From Sphyrna mokarran (lineage: Eukaryota): a DNA stretch of 64,000 nt. The stretch is taken from NCBI GenBank assembly GCA_024679065.1, contig JAGIQG010000012.1:38812001-38876000 (forward strand), read 5' to 3'. A program made the translations under genes and the position numbers. Below the pieces are notes generated by a model. It was given only the letters and a program-made list of their open reading frames with translations, made no database searches and was not told where the DNA came from. Shown one piece after another: positions 63,921 to 64,000 of this stretch (position 1 is the stretch's first letter; each line of letters begins with the position of its first letter).

Positions 63921-64000
63921 AATGGGTGAAATTTCATGGCCTCGCTTGTCCCAAAACCATAAAATCCTGCCTGATGTCAACAGACCTCTCCATGCTCCCC
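63921..64000. mobile_element. Second copy of the MITE, opposite orientation, cut by the window end
   Basis: Reverse complement CATGGAGAGGTCTGTTGACATCAGGCAGGATTTT matches 52781-52815. Confidence 0.6.

Noticed and set aside
19381-64000. BCL11A exon 3 or a direct orthologue of the human +58 enhancer
   Set aside because: I recognised neither by eye; exon 3 probably lies beyond the window, though a diverged copy could have been missed.

Overview
AT-rich vertebrate genomic DNA. The repeat content (HE1-type V-SINEs, Deu-domain SINE, CR1, Rex1/Babar, Penelope remnants) points to a shark or other elasmobranch. The window holds the 5' part of BCL11A on the + strand: upstream region, promoter and 5'UTR (~12.3-13.04 kb), coding exon 1 (13042-13096, MSRRKQ NuRD-binding motif), a ~6 kb intron 1 with a ~40-copy 33-bp CpG-rich minisatellite, coding exon 2 (19048-19380, C2HC finger ZnF0), and ~45 kb of intron 2. 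I did not recognise exon 3. Almost all entries in the ORF track are spurious. The only other real coding sequence is a frameshifted CR1 ORF2 at 46.3-49.1 kb. Most notable observations: a candidate short terminal or poison exon in a conserved-looking block just after exon 2; four upstream ATGs, including a start-stop and an overlapping uORF; Penelope-derived minimal hammerhead ribozyme motifs; a 28-bp-stem hairpin; and a GATA/CACCC/G4 cluster. All comparisons with human sequence and all repeat family names are from memory and need alignment to confirm. I found no convincing evidence of a wholly new biological system.
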